The translations under genes were made by a program, and so were the position numbers. Below, piece by piece: positions 47,331 to 56,727 of a stretch of DNA of 64,000 bases. Numbering within the stretch: position 1 is the first letter of the stretch; every line of letters starts with the position of its first letter. The stretch is from assembly GCA_049516635.1 (NCBI GenBank), contig JBEKSX010000010.1:6541-70540 (forward strand), read 5' to 3'. The notes below the pieces were generated by a model. The model saw only the letters and a list, made by a program, of their open reading frames with translations. It did not search any database and had not been told where the DNA came from. The DNA comes from Ignavibacteria bacterium (lineage in GTDB: Bacteria; Bacteroidota; Ignavibacteria; Tepidaquicellales; OLB5).

Positions 47331-47431
47331 TTGGGGGAAAAATTCTAAGCCTTTCGTGTAAATTCAATTCAATCTGTTTTTAAAAGCGGAGAAAGATATT
47401 TTTTTCCTTCTGATGACATCGTTAGTCATTG

Positions 47432-48298
47432 TTAAATATTCTCACTCTTCAGTCTCCGGGAAATATCTTTAAGTGAAGTTCCGCTTTCCATCAATTCCGG
47501 CAGGTATTCGGTTGAAGTCACAAATGTCCACAAATATGCTACTATTGAATATAATTCTCCTGCACTAAACTCATCCAGGTCAATTGCAATATACAGCACA
47601 ACGAGAAATATTATCAATAAGGCTACTCTTACAAAACCAAAATTGAACGCACCCCAATTAGCAATCTTTCTCTGCGGCAGGGCAAGTTTATTGTAATATT
47701 CCCGAATATACTCAGGGTCTTTCTTAGCAAATATGTCATATACATCTTCATAAGCATCGTGATATTCTTTTTGCAAAGCTACAACCTTGTTATTATAGAT
47801 ATTACTGATGAAAATTAGCGGAAAAATAATGAATAAACATGTAACGGAGATCCGCCAATCAAAGAAGTATAACGCTATTACCCCTCCGATTATGGCTACG
47901 GATTGCTCTATTATCTCCGGTACTCGATACTGGAAAAAGCTGATATATTGATAAGAGAGTTCCGCTCTCGCAGCTGTTTTAGAAACCGAGAGTCTCCGCT
48001 TTAATGAGTTATCCGATACTTCAGCGGCAATATTAGTAAAAATGTTAAGAAATATCCTGGGATCGAGTGACCTTCTTAATGCACCTACTCCGGAATTTAA
48101 TGCAAATATTCCGATCCATAGCACTAAAGGTAATATAAAAGAGCTTTCCGGTTCTTCAAGCGCTTTATCAATTACCGCATCGATCACCTTACCGAAAAGG
48201 GTAGGTTCTACAATCCATGCAATATTCTCTATTATTACAAGCGCTATAGCTAATGTTATACCTTTACGGAATCTTTTTACTAATGCAAATAGATTCAT
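47432..48298 (-). CDS. ABC-transporter-type six-helix transmembrane domain protein without an ATPase domain
   Basis: 288 aa. The N-terminus LAIALVIIENIAWIVEPTLFGKVIDAVID and the helix spacing resemble type I ABC exporter TMDs. The ORF ends before any Walker A/B region. Confidence 0.55.
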   Translation of the reverse strand: MNLFALVKRFRKGITLAIALVIIENIAWIVEPTLFGKVIDAVIDKALEEPESSFILPLVLWIGIFALNSGVGALRRSLDPRIFLNIFTNIAAEVSDNSLKRRLSVSKTAARAELSYQYISFFQYRVPEIIEQSVAIIGGVIALYFFDWRISVTCLFIIFPLIFISNIYNNKVVALQKEYHDAYEDVYDIFAKKDPEYIREYYNKLALPQRKIANWGAFNFGFVRVALLIIFLVVLYIAIDLDEFSAGELYSIVAYLWTFVTSTEYLPELMESGTSLKDISRRLKSENI

Positions 48299-48454
48299 CG
48301 GATTTACTTAATTATCTCCATTAGCTATTTTCTCAATAATTTGAGCAGTTTTATAATTAAAAATAACTTTTAATATATTTCAAAACTATGTAAAAAATTA
48401 TTTTTTAAAACATATTTATATATATTTGTAAGTATTATAAACCTGTTAGAATTA

Positions 48455-49372
48455 ATGATTTCCATGAGCAAATTAAATATTCTACCTGTTGTATTCTTTT
48501 TACTATTTATCTTTTTTTCATGCAACAATAATCAAAAATTGACCGATAGCAACCAGAATACACCTCTAAAAAATGACAGTCAAAAGGTAATAAACGGAGT
48601 TTACAGATATTATTGCGGGGAAAGAGAGGGGTTTAAAATATGGATCGTAGATGGTGCATTAATCAGAAAAGAAATATTTAACGAGTTCGTATACGGCGGG
48701 AACCCGGAACGCTATACATTCGTACCAGATAATGAGATCTGGATCGATAATTCGATTTCATGCGAGGAATTCGAAACTACCCTCGCCCATGAGCTAAATG
48801 AAAGAAAGTTGATGGCAAAATTTGCGATGACGTATTTTGATGCCCATGATTCTTCTCTTGCTCTCGAAGTAAAGCTGCGAAGAACATTTTTAACGCAATC
48901 CGCCGGACATGAATCAAAGCTTCCCAGGCTGGCACCGATCGATTTCGATTCCACACAGGAAATTTCGGATATACCGGGATCAATAAAATTAAAGAATATC
49001 TATCGAGTACCCGAAGAGGAACGCAGCGGAATAAAGATCTGGATAGTCGACGGTTATGCAGTCAGAAGAGATATTTATCCCGATTTTGGTTTTAGCGGGA
49101 ATGATAAAGCGTACCACTTCATACCGGACAAAGAAATATGGGTGGATGGCTCTGTGTCGTGCGAAGAAACAGAATATTCTGTAGCTCTCGAATTAAAAGA
49201 ACGTGAATTAATATCTGCAGGCATGAACTATGATGATGCATATGAGGGAGCTTTAAAAGTATCGGACAGCTTGCGAATTAGTATGCAAAATCTGATCAGC
49301 AATCAAAAACCTGTCAAATTATATTATCCTCTTTGCCGGGATACAGGAACAGGAAAAGAAAGTAATAAATAA
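48455..49372 (+). CDS. Hypothetical lipoprotein with an internal ~95-aa tandem domain duplication
   Basis: 305 aa. Lipobox-like FIFFSC. Repeat 1: GFKIWIVDGALIRKEIFNEFVYGGNPERYTFVPDNEIWIDNSISCEEFETTLAHELNERKLM. Repeat 2: GIKIWIVDGYAVRRDIYPDFGFSGNDKAYHFIPDKEIWVDGSVSCEETEYSVALELKERELI. Confidence 0.5.
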   Translation: MISMSKLNILPVVFFLLFIFFSCNNNQKLTDSNQNTPLKNDSQKVINGVYRYYCGEREGFKIWIVDGALIRKEIFNEFVYGGNPERYTFVPDNEIWIDNSISCEEFETTLAHELNERKLMAKFAMTYFDAHDSSLALEVKLRRTFLTQSAGHESKLPRLAPIDFDSTQEISDIPGSIKLKNIYRVPEEERSGIKIWIVDGYAVRRDIYPDFGFSGNDKAYHFIPDKEIWVDGSVSCEETEYSVALELKERELISAGMNYDDAYEGALKVSDSLRISMQNLISNQKPVKLYYPLCRDTGTGKESNK

Positions 49373-49499
49373 TTGATATACTGAACCCTCCGTCAGAGTG
49401 AATTAGCAGTGTAATAACACTTTATCAACATTTTCGGTAACACTACCTCCAGTATAGTTACATTGTATTTATTATAAAGTTAAGATAATTTAGTATACT

Positions 49500-50360
49500 A
49501 TGCTTGATATTTCGATTGTAATTGTTACCTGGAACAGTGCTAATGATATTGTAAAATGCGTTGATTCTATTTTCAGTAATTCATCTTCGGATAAATTAAA
49601 AACTGAAACCATCATTATTGATAACGATTCTCAGGATGAGACTTGCAGGGTTATAGAAGGAATACAGAGCCCTAATCTTCATACTTATAAAAATCACACT
49701 AATACCGGCTATACAAAGGGTGTTAACCTGGGAATGAGTTATACGCAAGGAAAATATATCCTTCTATTAAACCCGGACATCGAACTGAAAAATGATTGCA
49801 TAGGTATTCTCTATAACTTCCTGGAAAGTAACCCCGGGTACTCCGCGGCGGCACCGCTTCTTATCAATGAAGATGGAACAATACAGTATTCTATCCGTAA
49901 TTTCCCCACCTATTGGACTTTGTACTGTGAATTTTCTTTACTGGCTCACATCTTTCCGCAATCTACCCTCTTCGGAAAATGGAAAATGAAATATTTTAAA
50001 TATGACAAGGATAGTGATGTAAACCAGCCTATGGCAGCCGCATTGTTAATTAGGAAGAACTTTCTCGATCAATTCGGAGATATGGACGAAAGGTTCGTCA
50101 TGTTCTTTAATGATGTAGATCTTTGCAGAAAAATAGTCGAAAATGACCATAAAATAAGGTTTATTGCTGCAGCGCAGGCGGTTCACAAAATAGGTACGAG
50201 CATTTATAAAGACAGGGTCAGAATGATAAAGACCTGGAATAAGGATTGTATTCAATATTTTAAAAAATATCACAATAATTTTTTTCTGCTTACATGGCTG
50301 AAAATTAGCTTAAAAATTTCAGAAACATTAAGGATATTGTTCTATAAGATAATACAGTAA
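49500..50360 (+). CDS. GT2-family glycosyltransferase
   Basis: 286 aa with ISIVIVTWNSANDIVKCVDSI, IIIDNDSQDET, LLLNPDIEL and FFNDVDLC. Confidence 0.8.
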   Translation: MLDISIVIVTWNSANDIVKCVDSIFSNSSSDKLKTETIIIDNDSQDETCRVIEGIQSPNLHTYKNHTNTGYTKGVNLGMSYTQGKYILLLNPDIELKNDCIGILYNFLESNPGYSAAAPLLINEDGTIQYSIRNFPTYWTLYCEFSLLAHIFPQSTLFGKWKMKYFKYDKDSDVNQPMAAALLIRKNFLDQFGDMDERFVMFFNDVDLCRKIVENDHKIRFIAAAQAVHKIGTSIYKDRVRMIKTWNKDCIQYFKKYHNNFFLLTWLKISLKISETLRILFYKIIQ

Positions 50361-51223
50361 TGAAATTCAAAATAGCTCTGGCACAAATAAACCCAGCTTT
50401 AGGTGATATACAGAAAAATATCAAGAAGCATATCGCATTTTGCGATAAGGCGGTACGAAATAAAGCTAACCTTATAATTTTCCCTGAACTATCATTAACC
50501 GGTTATTCACTTAAAGACCTTAATACAGAACTTGCCGTTAATCCTTACATTTCGCAAATTCTGGAACCGCTTTCGGTAAAATCCAAAAAAATTGATATCC
50601 TATGCGGCGGTGTGGAAGAGGATGAAAGGTTCGCTATTTTCAATTCCGCTTTTTATTTCTCCAACGGCACTATAGAGTTCACTCATAAAAAGATCTATCC
50701 CCCCGATTACGGTATGTTCGAGGAAATGAGATACTTCTCCAAAGGCAAGACTTTAGATGTCCATAATACAAAATTCGGTAAACTGGGGATCCTTGTTTGT
50801 GAAGATCTATGGCACATTTCTCTGCCCCTTTTGCTTGCACTCAAGGGAGCCAGGATCATTATAACTATAGCAGCCTCTCCTACAAGGCTCGAACTCAATA
50901 CCAAATCGAAAAAGATCAAGAATTACGAGATAAACTCAGAACATCATAAAAGTTATGCGCGCCTTTTATCCCTGTATGTTGTCTTCTGTAACCGTGTCGG
51001 GTATGAGGACGGCGTTAATTTCTGGGGCGGTTCCGAAATTGTTGATCCTTTCGGGACAGTTACAGCAGTTGGAAAATTTTTCGATGAGGACCTTATTTAT
51101 GCCGATATTGATCTCAATAAAGTAAAACGTGCGCGTTTTCAGGCAAGGCATTTCCTTGATGAAGATGTGAACTTACTCAAAAATGAAGTAAAGCTGCTGA
51201 ATGACGAATTGTCTAAATTATAG
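50360..51223 (+). CDS. Carbon-nitrogen hydrolase (nitrilase superfamily) protein
   Basis: 287 aa. Catalytic E-K-C context: FPELSLTGY, HKKIYPP, LVCEDLWH. Its start overlaps the GT2 stop by 1 nt (TAATG). Confidence 0.8.
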   Translation: MKFKIALAQINPALGDIQKNIKKHIAFCDKAVRNKANLIIFPELSLTGYSLKDLNTELAVNPYISQILEPLSVKSKKIDILCGGVEEDERFAIFNSAFYFSNGTIEFTHKKIYPPDYGMFEEMRYFSKGKTLDVHNTKFGKLGILVCEDLWHISLPLLLALKGARIIITIAASPTRLELNTKSKKIKNYEINSEHHKSYARLLSLYVVFCNRVGYEDGVNFWGGSEIVDPFGTVTAVGKFFDEDLIYADIDLNKVKRARFQARHFLDEDVNLLKNEVKLLNDELSKL

Positions 51224-51326
51224 ATCATTAACATTTACAGATTAAAACGCAGGGCTTGCTCCCCGCCGAGGAATTTAAAGAAACGTTCGCTTGTTATAGA
51301 CTGTTCATTCTTTAAGAATATATACG

Positions 51327-51863
51327 ATGAATATCAATAAAACAAATCTTCCTTCCGAGATCTTAACCATAGGCCACTCTACACGAAGTATAGAAGATTT
51401 TATCAACGTACTAAAATCATTCAATGTTGAATTGATCGCAGACGTTCGCAGCTTTCCCGGTTCAAAAAGATTTCCACATTTCAATAAGGAATCACTCTTT
51501 CTATCACTCAAAGAACATTCGATTGAATATATTCATATACCTGAACTTGGCGGACGAAGAAGTGTAAAGAAAGATTCTAAAAATACCGCGTGGAAAAGCA
51601 AATCATTCAGGGGGTATGCAGATTATATGGAAACAGAGCAGTTCGCTGAAGGTATCGAAATTTTGATCGATAATGCCCTAAGGAAAAGGACTTCTATAAT
51701 GTGTGCAGAAGCTCTCTGGTGGCGCTGCCACCGTTCGATGATATCGGATTATCTCAAATCCATTGGAATTAATGTAAATCATATTTTAGATATCTCGAAG
51801 AACGAAGAACATTTATATACATCTCCTGCAAAAATAGCGGATGGAATGTTAACTTATCATTAA
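51327..51863 (+). CDS. DUF488 family protein
   Basis: 178 aa with TIGHSTRSIEDFINVLKSFNVELIADVRSFPGS and CAEALWWRCHRSMISDYL. Confidence 0.7.
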   Translation: MNINKTNLPSEILTIGHSTRSIEDFINVLKSFNVELIADVRSFPGSKRFPHFNKESLFLSLKEHSIEYIHIPELGGRRSVKKDSKNTAWKSKSFRGYADYMETEQFAEGIEILIDNALRKRTSIMCAEALWWRCHRSMISDYLKSIGINVNHILDISKNEEHLYTSPAKIADGMLTYH

Positions 51864-51902
51864 TGCATAATACATTCCCGAACAAATTTTATAACAGCTG
51901 CG

Positions 51903-54758
51903 CTATTTCAGTATTTTTTTTAGAAATTTTCCAGTAAAAGAATTCTTCTTTTTAGCAATATCTTCCGGTGTGCCGGTAGCTACTACATAACCCCCTTTAT
52001 CACCGCTTTCGGGTCCCAGGTCGATTATGTAGTCCGCGCACTTAATCACTTCTAGGTTATGCTCGACCACTATTATCGAATTACCTTTATCTATCAGTTC
52101 CTTGAAGCTCTTCAGAAGTTTTGCAATATCGTGCAGATGAAGTCCTGTGGTGGGTTCGTCGAAGATGAACAGCGTCTTTTCCCCGGGATTCTGGAATGAA
52201 AGATGATAAGAAAGCTTTATCCTCTGTGCTTCTCCGCCCGAAAGTGTGGTAGCAGATTGCCCCAATCTCAGATATCCAAGCCCTACATCATCTAATATCT
52301 TCAGCTTCGACGTTATCTTTGGAAATTCCTTGAAAAATGTTAATGCTTCAGTAACGCTCAATGACAGCACATCGCTTATATTCTTCCTGTTATATTTTAT
52401 ATCCAGTATTTCATCCTTATACCTTTTTCCTTTACAGATATCACACTCCAGGTATATATCAGCCATAAATTGCATAGCTATCTTTATTACACCCGAGCCT
52501 TCGCATGTTTCACATCTTCCGCCGGGTATATTGAACGAAAAATTCCCGGGTGTGAAACCTCTTATCTTTGCCGATGGAAGCGAACCGTAAAGTTCCCTGA
52601 CCAGGTCGAAGATCTTTAGATAAGTCACGGGATTCGACCTCGGAGACCTGCCGATGGGGGTTTGGTCTACCAATTCCACATTGTGTATCTGCTGGTAACC
52701 TTTGATCTCCGAGAAAGCTCCTATTTTCTCACTGTAAACACCATCAAGCCGTTTCTTCAGCGCACCATACAGTATATCGCTTATCAGTGTCGACTTTCCC
52801 GAACCGCTTACACCCGTAATGCATACAAATACTCCGAGCGGTATCTCGACATCAATATTCTTAAGATTATTTTCCGAGGCTCCCTTGAGTATGAGCCAAT
52901 TATTTTTTACACTTCTTCTCCTTGAGGGAACATCTATTTTCAGTTTAGATGATAAATATTTGCCCGTATAGGAATCCGGGACCTTCACGATTCCTTTCAA
53001 ATCACCTGAATAGATCACCTCACCTCCATACTCACCTGCATCGGGTCCCATGTCTATGATGTAATCGCTCGATCTGATCATCTCGGGATCATGTTCCACT
53101 ACGATGACCGTGTTTCCGATATCTCTTAATGATTTCAGTATTCTTATCAGTCTGTCATTATCCCTGGGATGTAAGCCAATGCTGGGTTCATCGAGAACAT
53201 ATATCGAACCAACGAGTGATGAACCGAGTGATGTAGCAAGGTTGATCCTTTGTGCCTCACCTCCTGAAAGCGTGCTGGTAAGACGGTTCAACGTTAAGTA
53301 ACCCAACCCTACTTCATACAGATACGTCAAGCGGCTCTTAATCTCGTCCAGAATTCTGCCGGCAACCTTCTGCTCATAAGCAGGCAGCTTGATATCCTTA
53401 AAGAATAAATAAAGCTCCTCGATATTGCTTCTTACAATATTATCTATTGTCTTACCGTGGAACTTCACGTATAATGCTTCTTTCCGAAGACGGGAGCCGT
53501 TGCATTCCGAGCATGTTGTGTAAGCACGGTAACGACTTAACAGAACGCGGTAGTGTATCTTATATGCTGCCTCTCGTTCCACCATCCTGAAGAACTTGTT
53601 TATACCGATATACTCACCTGCACCTTTATACACAAGGTCGATCTCTTCTTTGGTCAGATCTTTGAAGGGAATATGGATCCTGATGTCATATTTTTTTGAT
53701 GCTGCTATCAGGTCACTGAGATGTCTGCTGTGCTTCGGAGTAGAGAACGGATGTATCGCATTCATGAAGATGGATTTTGATTTGTCCGGCACGATCAGGT
53801 CAGGATCAAGGTCTATTGTCTCACCAAATCCCTGACACCTGGGGCATGCCCCTATCGGGTTATTGAATGAAAAAAATACCGGCTCGGGTACCTCGAACCT
53901 TATGCCGTCACGCTCAAAATGCAGGTTGAACTTGTATTCCTGAAGATTTTTCTTTGTTCTCTCATTGCCATTGTTCTCATCCAGCAGGATCGAAAGATAT
54001 CCGTCACCTTCGGCATAAGCTTGTTCAAGCGAATCCGTAACACGCTGAAGAGTTTCATTGTCATCGTGCTTGTAAATTAGCCTGTCGACAATGACTTTCG
54101 CATTTGCGAGCTTGATATTTTTGGGTTCAATTTTCTGGTTAAGATCAATTATCTCATTTTCCTCATATATCCTGAAAAAGCCTTTTTGCTTGAGCGTATC
54201 CAGTTCCTGTTTGGATGTTTTGGATTTATGCGGCTGAAGTGGAAAAGTTATGTACAATTTTGAACCGTCCCCGTTGTGTGAGTCCAGTCCTGATAAAAAT
54301 TTCAGTATATCCTCTATTGTATTCCTTGTAACCTCTTTGCCGGAAACTGGGCTGTATGTTTTTCCTGCTCTTGCAAAAAGGAGCCGGAGATAATCATATA
54401 TTTCAGTAGAGGTTCCAACCGTACTGCGGGGATTCCTTGCAGCTGATTTTATCTCAATTGCCATCGAAGGGGCAAGTCCCGTAATGGAATCGACATCGGG
54501 TTTATCTATTCTCTCAAGGAATTGCCTGGCATAAGATGAAAGGCTCTCTATATAACGCCTTTGACCTTCGGCGTATATAGTATCGAATACCAGGGAACTT
54601 TTACCCGAGCCGCTCAATCCTGTTACTACAACCAGTTTATTGTGCGGGATCTCTACATCGATGTTCTTCAGGTTATTGACCTTCGCCCCCTTGATAACAA
54701 TAGCATTGCTCCGGTTCGGCTTATTATTCTCAATATTTGTTTTACCGTTCGATTTCAC
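51903..54758 (-). CDS. uvrA: Excinuclease ABC subunit A
   Basis: 951 aa. Two ABC modules ([20 protein letters not shown], two LSGGE signatures) and zinc modules CPRCQGFG and CETCEGSG. Confidence 0.95.
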   Translation of the reverse strand: MKSNGKTNIENNKPNRSNAIVIKGAKVNNLKNIDVEIPHNKLVVVTGLSGSGKSSLVFDTIYAEGQRRYIESLSSYARQFLERIDKPDVDSITGLAPSMAIEIKSAARNPRSTVGTSTEIYDYLRLLFARAGKTYSPVSGKEVTRNTIEDILKFLSGLDSHNGDGSKLYITFPLQPHKSKTSKQELDTLKQKGFFRIYEENEIIDLNQKIEPKNIKLANAKVIVDRLIYKHDDNETLQRVTDSLEQAYAEGDGYLSILLDENNGNERTKKNLQEYKFNLHFERDGIRFEVPEPVFFSFNNPIGACPRCQGFGETIDLDPDLIVPDKSKSIFMNAIHPFSTPKHSRHLSDLIAASKKYDIRIHIPFKDLTKEEIDLVYKGAGEYIGINKFFRMVEREAAYKIHYRVLLSRYRAYTTCSECNGSRLRKEALYVKFHGKTIDNIVRSNIEELYLFFKDIKLPAYEQKVAGRILDEIKSRLTYLYEVGLGYLTLNRLTSTLSGGEAQRINLATSLGSSLVGSIYVLDEPSIGLHPRDNDRLIRILKSLRDIGNTVIVVEHDPEMIRSSDYIIDMGPDAGEYGGEVIYSGDLKGIVKVPDSYTGKYLSSKLKIDVPSRRRSVKNNWLILKGASENNLKNIDVEIPLGVFVCITGVSGSGKSTLISDILYGALKKRLDGVYSEKIGAFSEIKGYQQIHNVELVDQTPIGRSPRSNPVTYLKIFDLVRELYGSLPSAKIRGFTPGNFSFNIPGGRCETCEGSGVIKIAMQFMADIYLECDICKGKRYKDEILDIKYNRKNISDVLSLSVTEALTFFKEFPKITSKLKILDDVGLGYLRLGQSATTLSGGEAQRIKLSYHLSFQNPGEKTLFIFDEPTTGLHLHDIAKLLKSFKELIDKGNSIIVVEHNLEVIKCADYIIDLGPESGDKGGYVVATGTPEDIAKKKNSFTGKFLKKILK

Positions 54759-55126
54759 TTTTACTGAATCTCAAACCTATAATATCATCATTTCTGGAGT
54801 TAATTAAAATGAAGAAAATATAGTGCAGTTGTAATTGTTCAGGCTCTGGATGTCTTATTCTCCAGAACTTTTATAAGAAAACATCTATTTAGTTGACCTT
54901 TATTCAAGGCTCAAGAGGGAATAAACAACTTCCGAATTTTCATATATTCAGAGATAATTAGCAGTCCTTAGCGATTTACTCAACTTTCAGTATTCAATAA
55001 GATATTAATTGTATCTTAACACCAAACAGCAAATTAGAGGCTTAGAGTGATTGCCCCTTTGTTTTTCTGACGCTTTTTTGGAAACTGTGTGGGCGTCAGT
55101 TAGGTTACACATATTAGCATAACAGG

Positions 55127-55154
55127 TTGATTTTTAGATAAATTTGCTTATATT
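55127..55154 (+). promoter_or_regulatory. Sigma-70-like promoter upstream of rpsF
   Basis: TTGATT (55127-55132), 16-nt spacer, TATATT (55149-55154). It lies about 67 nt upstream of the ATG. The -10 box also fits TAnnTTTG (55149-55156). Confidence 0.35.
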
Positions 55155-55220
55155 TGGGTTTACTGTCTTGATTATCTTTCTATTTAAGAATATATTTGTT
55201 GACATATAAAGATTTTATAA

Positions 55221-55661
55221 ATGACAAATAGAGAATCAAAAACATACGAAACGATATTCATCCTTGATGCTATGCTTGATGATGATAATATCGAATCTAT
55301 CATCAATAAATTTTCAACTTTTTTAAACAAAAACGACTGTAGTATCGTTAAAGTCGATAAATGGGGAAGAAAAAAGTTCGCTTACCCCATTAAGAAAAAA
55401 TATACAGGTTATTACGTTTCTATAGATTTTACAACATTAACTAATACTATTGTTACCAAACTGGACAGGGCGTATCACCTTGATGAGAACGTTCTGAGGT
55501 TTTTAACGGTCAATTTCGATAAGAAGACTTTAGCGGAAAGAAAAGCTTATTTCGATAAAAAAGAGATGGACCTGGCTAACATTACGAAAGAACGTGAAGC
55601 TGCGGAAGCAAAAACAGAAGTGCCTGAACTTGAAACAGAAAATCCTGAGAAACAAGTTTGA
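55221..55661 (+). CDS. rpsF: 30S ribosomal protein S6
   Basis: 146 aa with YETIFILDAMLDD...VDKWGRKKFAYPIKKKYTGYYVSIDF and an acidic C-terminal tail. Confidence 0.9.
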   Translation: MTNRESKTYETIFILDAMLDDDNIESIINKFSTFLNKNDCSIVKVDKWGRKKFAYPIKKKYTGYYVSIDFTTLTNTIVTKLDRAYHLDENVLRFLTVNFDKKTLAERKAYFDKKEMDLANITKEREAAEAKTEVPELETENPEKQV

Positions 55662-55710
55662 TTTTATTTCATAATTCTCATTATTAACAGTAAACATTTG
55701 GAGGTAAATA

Positions 55711-56181
55711 ATGGCTGACTTAAAGATGCCCGAACTCAATTCAGTAATTATAGCAGGGAATTTAACGAAAGATCCTATTTTCAGGCAGACAACTAACGGA
55801 ACTCCCGTAGTCAATTTTTCGATCGCCAGCAACAGAAGGTACAGAGACAGCAAAGATGACTGGCAGGAAGACGTCTGTTATGTTGGTATTGTTGCGTGGA
55901 ACAAGCTCGCCGAAAGCTGCAGGGACAAGCTGAAAAAAGGTAACGCAGTTCTGGTTGAAGGCGAATTGCAAAGCAGAACGTTCAAAACCGAAAAAGGTGA
56001 CAGTAAAACCATCGTCGAGATAAAAGCCAGGAGGATCCAGTTTTTAAACAAAAAATTAAATGCATCTGAAGAACATACAGGTGAAGAACATGAAGTGGCT
56101 CCGACAACATTTGAAGACGATACATTTGAAAAGCATCTTTCTCCTGAAGATACCGCTCTTCTTGAAGGTAGCTCCAATTAA
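55711..56181 (+). CDS. ssb: Single-stranded DNA-binding protein
   Basis: 156 aa. OB fold LNSVIIAGNLTKDPIFRQTTNGTPVVNFSIASNRRY...VGIVAWNKLAE...LVEGELQSRTF. GGAGG Shine-Dalgarno site upstream. The C-terminus is ...EDTALLEGSSN, with no DDxPF tip. Confidence 0.9.
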   Translation: MADLKMPELNSVIIAGNLTKDPIFRQTTNGTPVVNFSIASNRRYRDSKDDWQEDVCYVGIVAWNKLAESCRDKLKKGNAVLVEGELQSRTFKTEKGDSKTIVEIKARRIQFLNKKLNASEEHTGEEHEVAPTTFEDDTFEKHLSPEDTALLEGSSN

Positions 56182-56214
56182 GAATAATTTTTCAATCAAT
56201 ATTAATTAATTTTG

Positions 56215-56256
56215 AAGTAGAGCAAGTTGCTTAACTGCTCTACTTTTATTATTTTT
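56215..56256 (+). terminator. Strong hairpin plus T-rich tract between ssb and rplI (terminator/attenuator)
   Basis: AAGTAGAGCA (56215-56224) pairs perfectly with TGCTCTACTT (56236-56245). It is followed by TTATTATTTTT, and rplI starts at 56262. Confidence 0.6.
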
Positions 56257-56261
56257 AAAAT

Positions 56262-56723
56262 ATGAAAGTAATACTTAAACAGGATTATGAAACTCTGGGA
56301 AAAATAGGCGATAGTGTCAATGTTAAAGACGGTTATGCGATGAACTACCTGATTCCCAACAATATCGCCATGAGGGCAACCGAAAGCAACCTGAAAGTTC
56401 TCGCGGAGATCAAAAAGAACCGGGAACTGAAGCTGAAAAAGGATACCGCAGATGCAGAAAAATTTGCCGGCGATCTCGGTAATCTGACTCTCGAGATAAA
56501 GGCAAAAGCGGGCGATGATGACAGAATTTACGGATCTGTAAACGCCCAGATAATTTCCGAAGCCCTCAATGAAAAGGGTTATAAAATAGATAAAAAACAA
56601 ATAGAACTGGAAGAACCGATCAAACAGATTGGAATCTTTCCGGTAAATATAAAGTTAACAAGCAGTGTCAAAGCTTCCTTAAAAGTATGGATAGTTAAGG
56701 AACAGCACAAAGAAGGAGTTTGA
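56262..56723 (+). CDS. rplI: 50S ribosomal protein L9
   Basis: 153 aa with MKVILKQDYETLGKIGDSVNVKDGYAMNYLIPNNIAMRAT. Confidence 0.9.
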   Translation: MKVILKQDYETLGKIGDSVNVKDGYAMNYLIPNNIAMRATESNLKVLAEIKKNRELKLKKDTADAEKFAGDLGNLTLEIKAKAGDDDRIYGSVNAQIISEALNEKGYKIDKKQIELEEPIKQIGIFPVNIKLTSSVKASLKVWIVKEQHKEGV

Positions 56724-56727
56724 CTAA

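Noticed and set aside
55191-55203. Second promoter-like signal (TATATTTG / TTGACA) just upstream of rpsF
   Set aside because: TTGACA at 55198-55203 has only ~11 nt to the following TATAAA, which overlaps the start codon region. The geometry is wrong for a sigma-70 promoter. A Bacteroidetes-type TAnnTTTG -7 element cannot be asserted without knowing the taxon.
56182-56261. Hidden or frameshifted rpsR between ssb and rplI
   Set aside because: Only 80 nt are available. None of the three frames, nor the alternative frames of the ssb tail, gives S18-like sequence.
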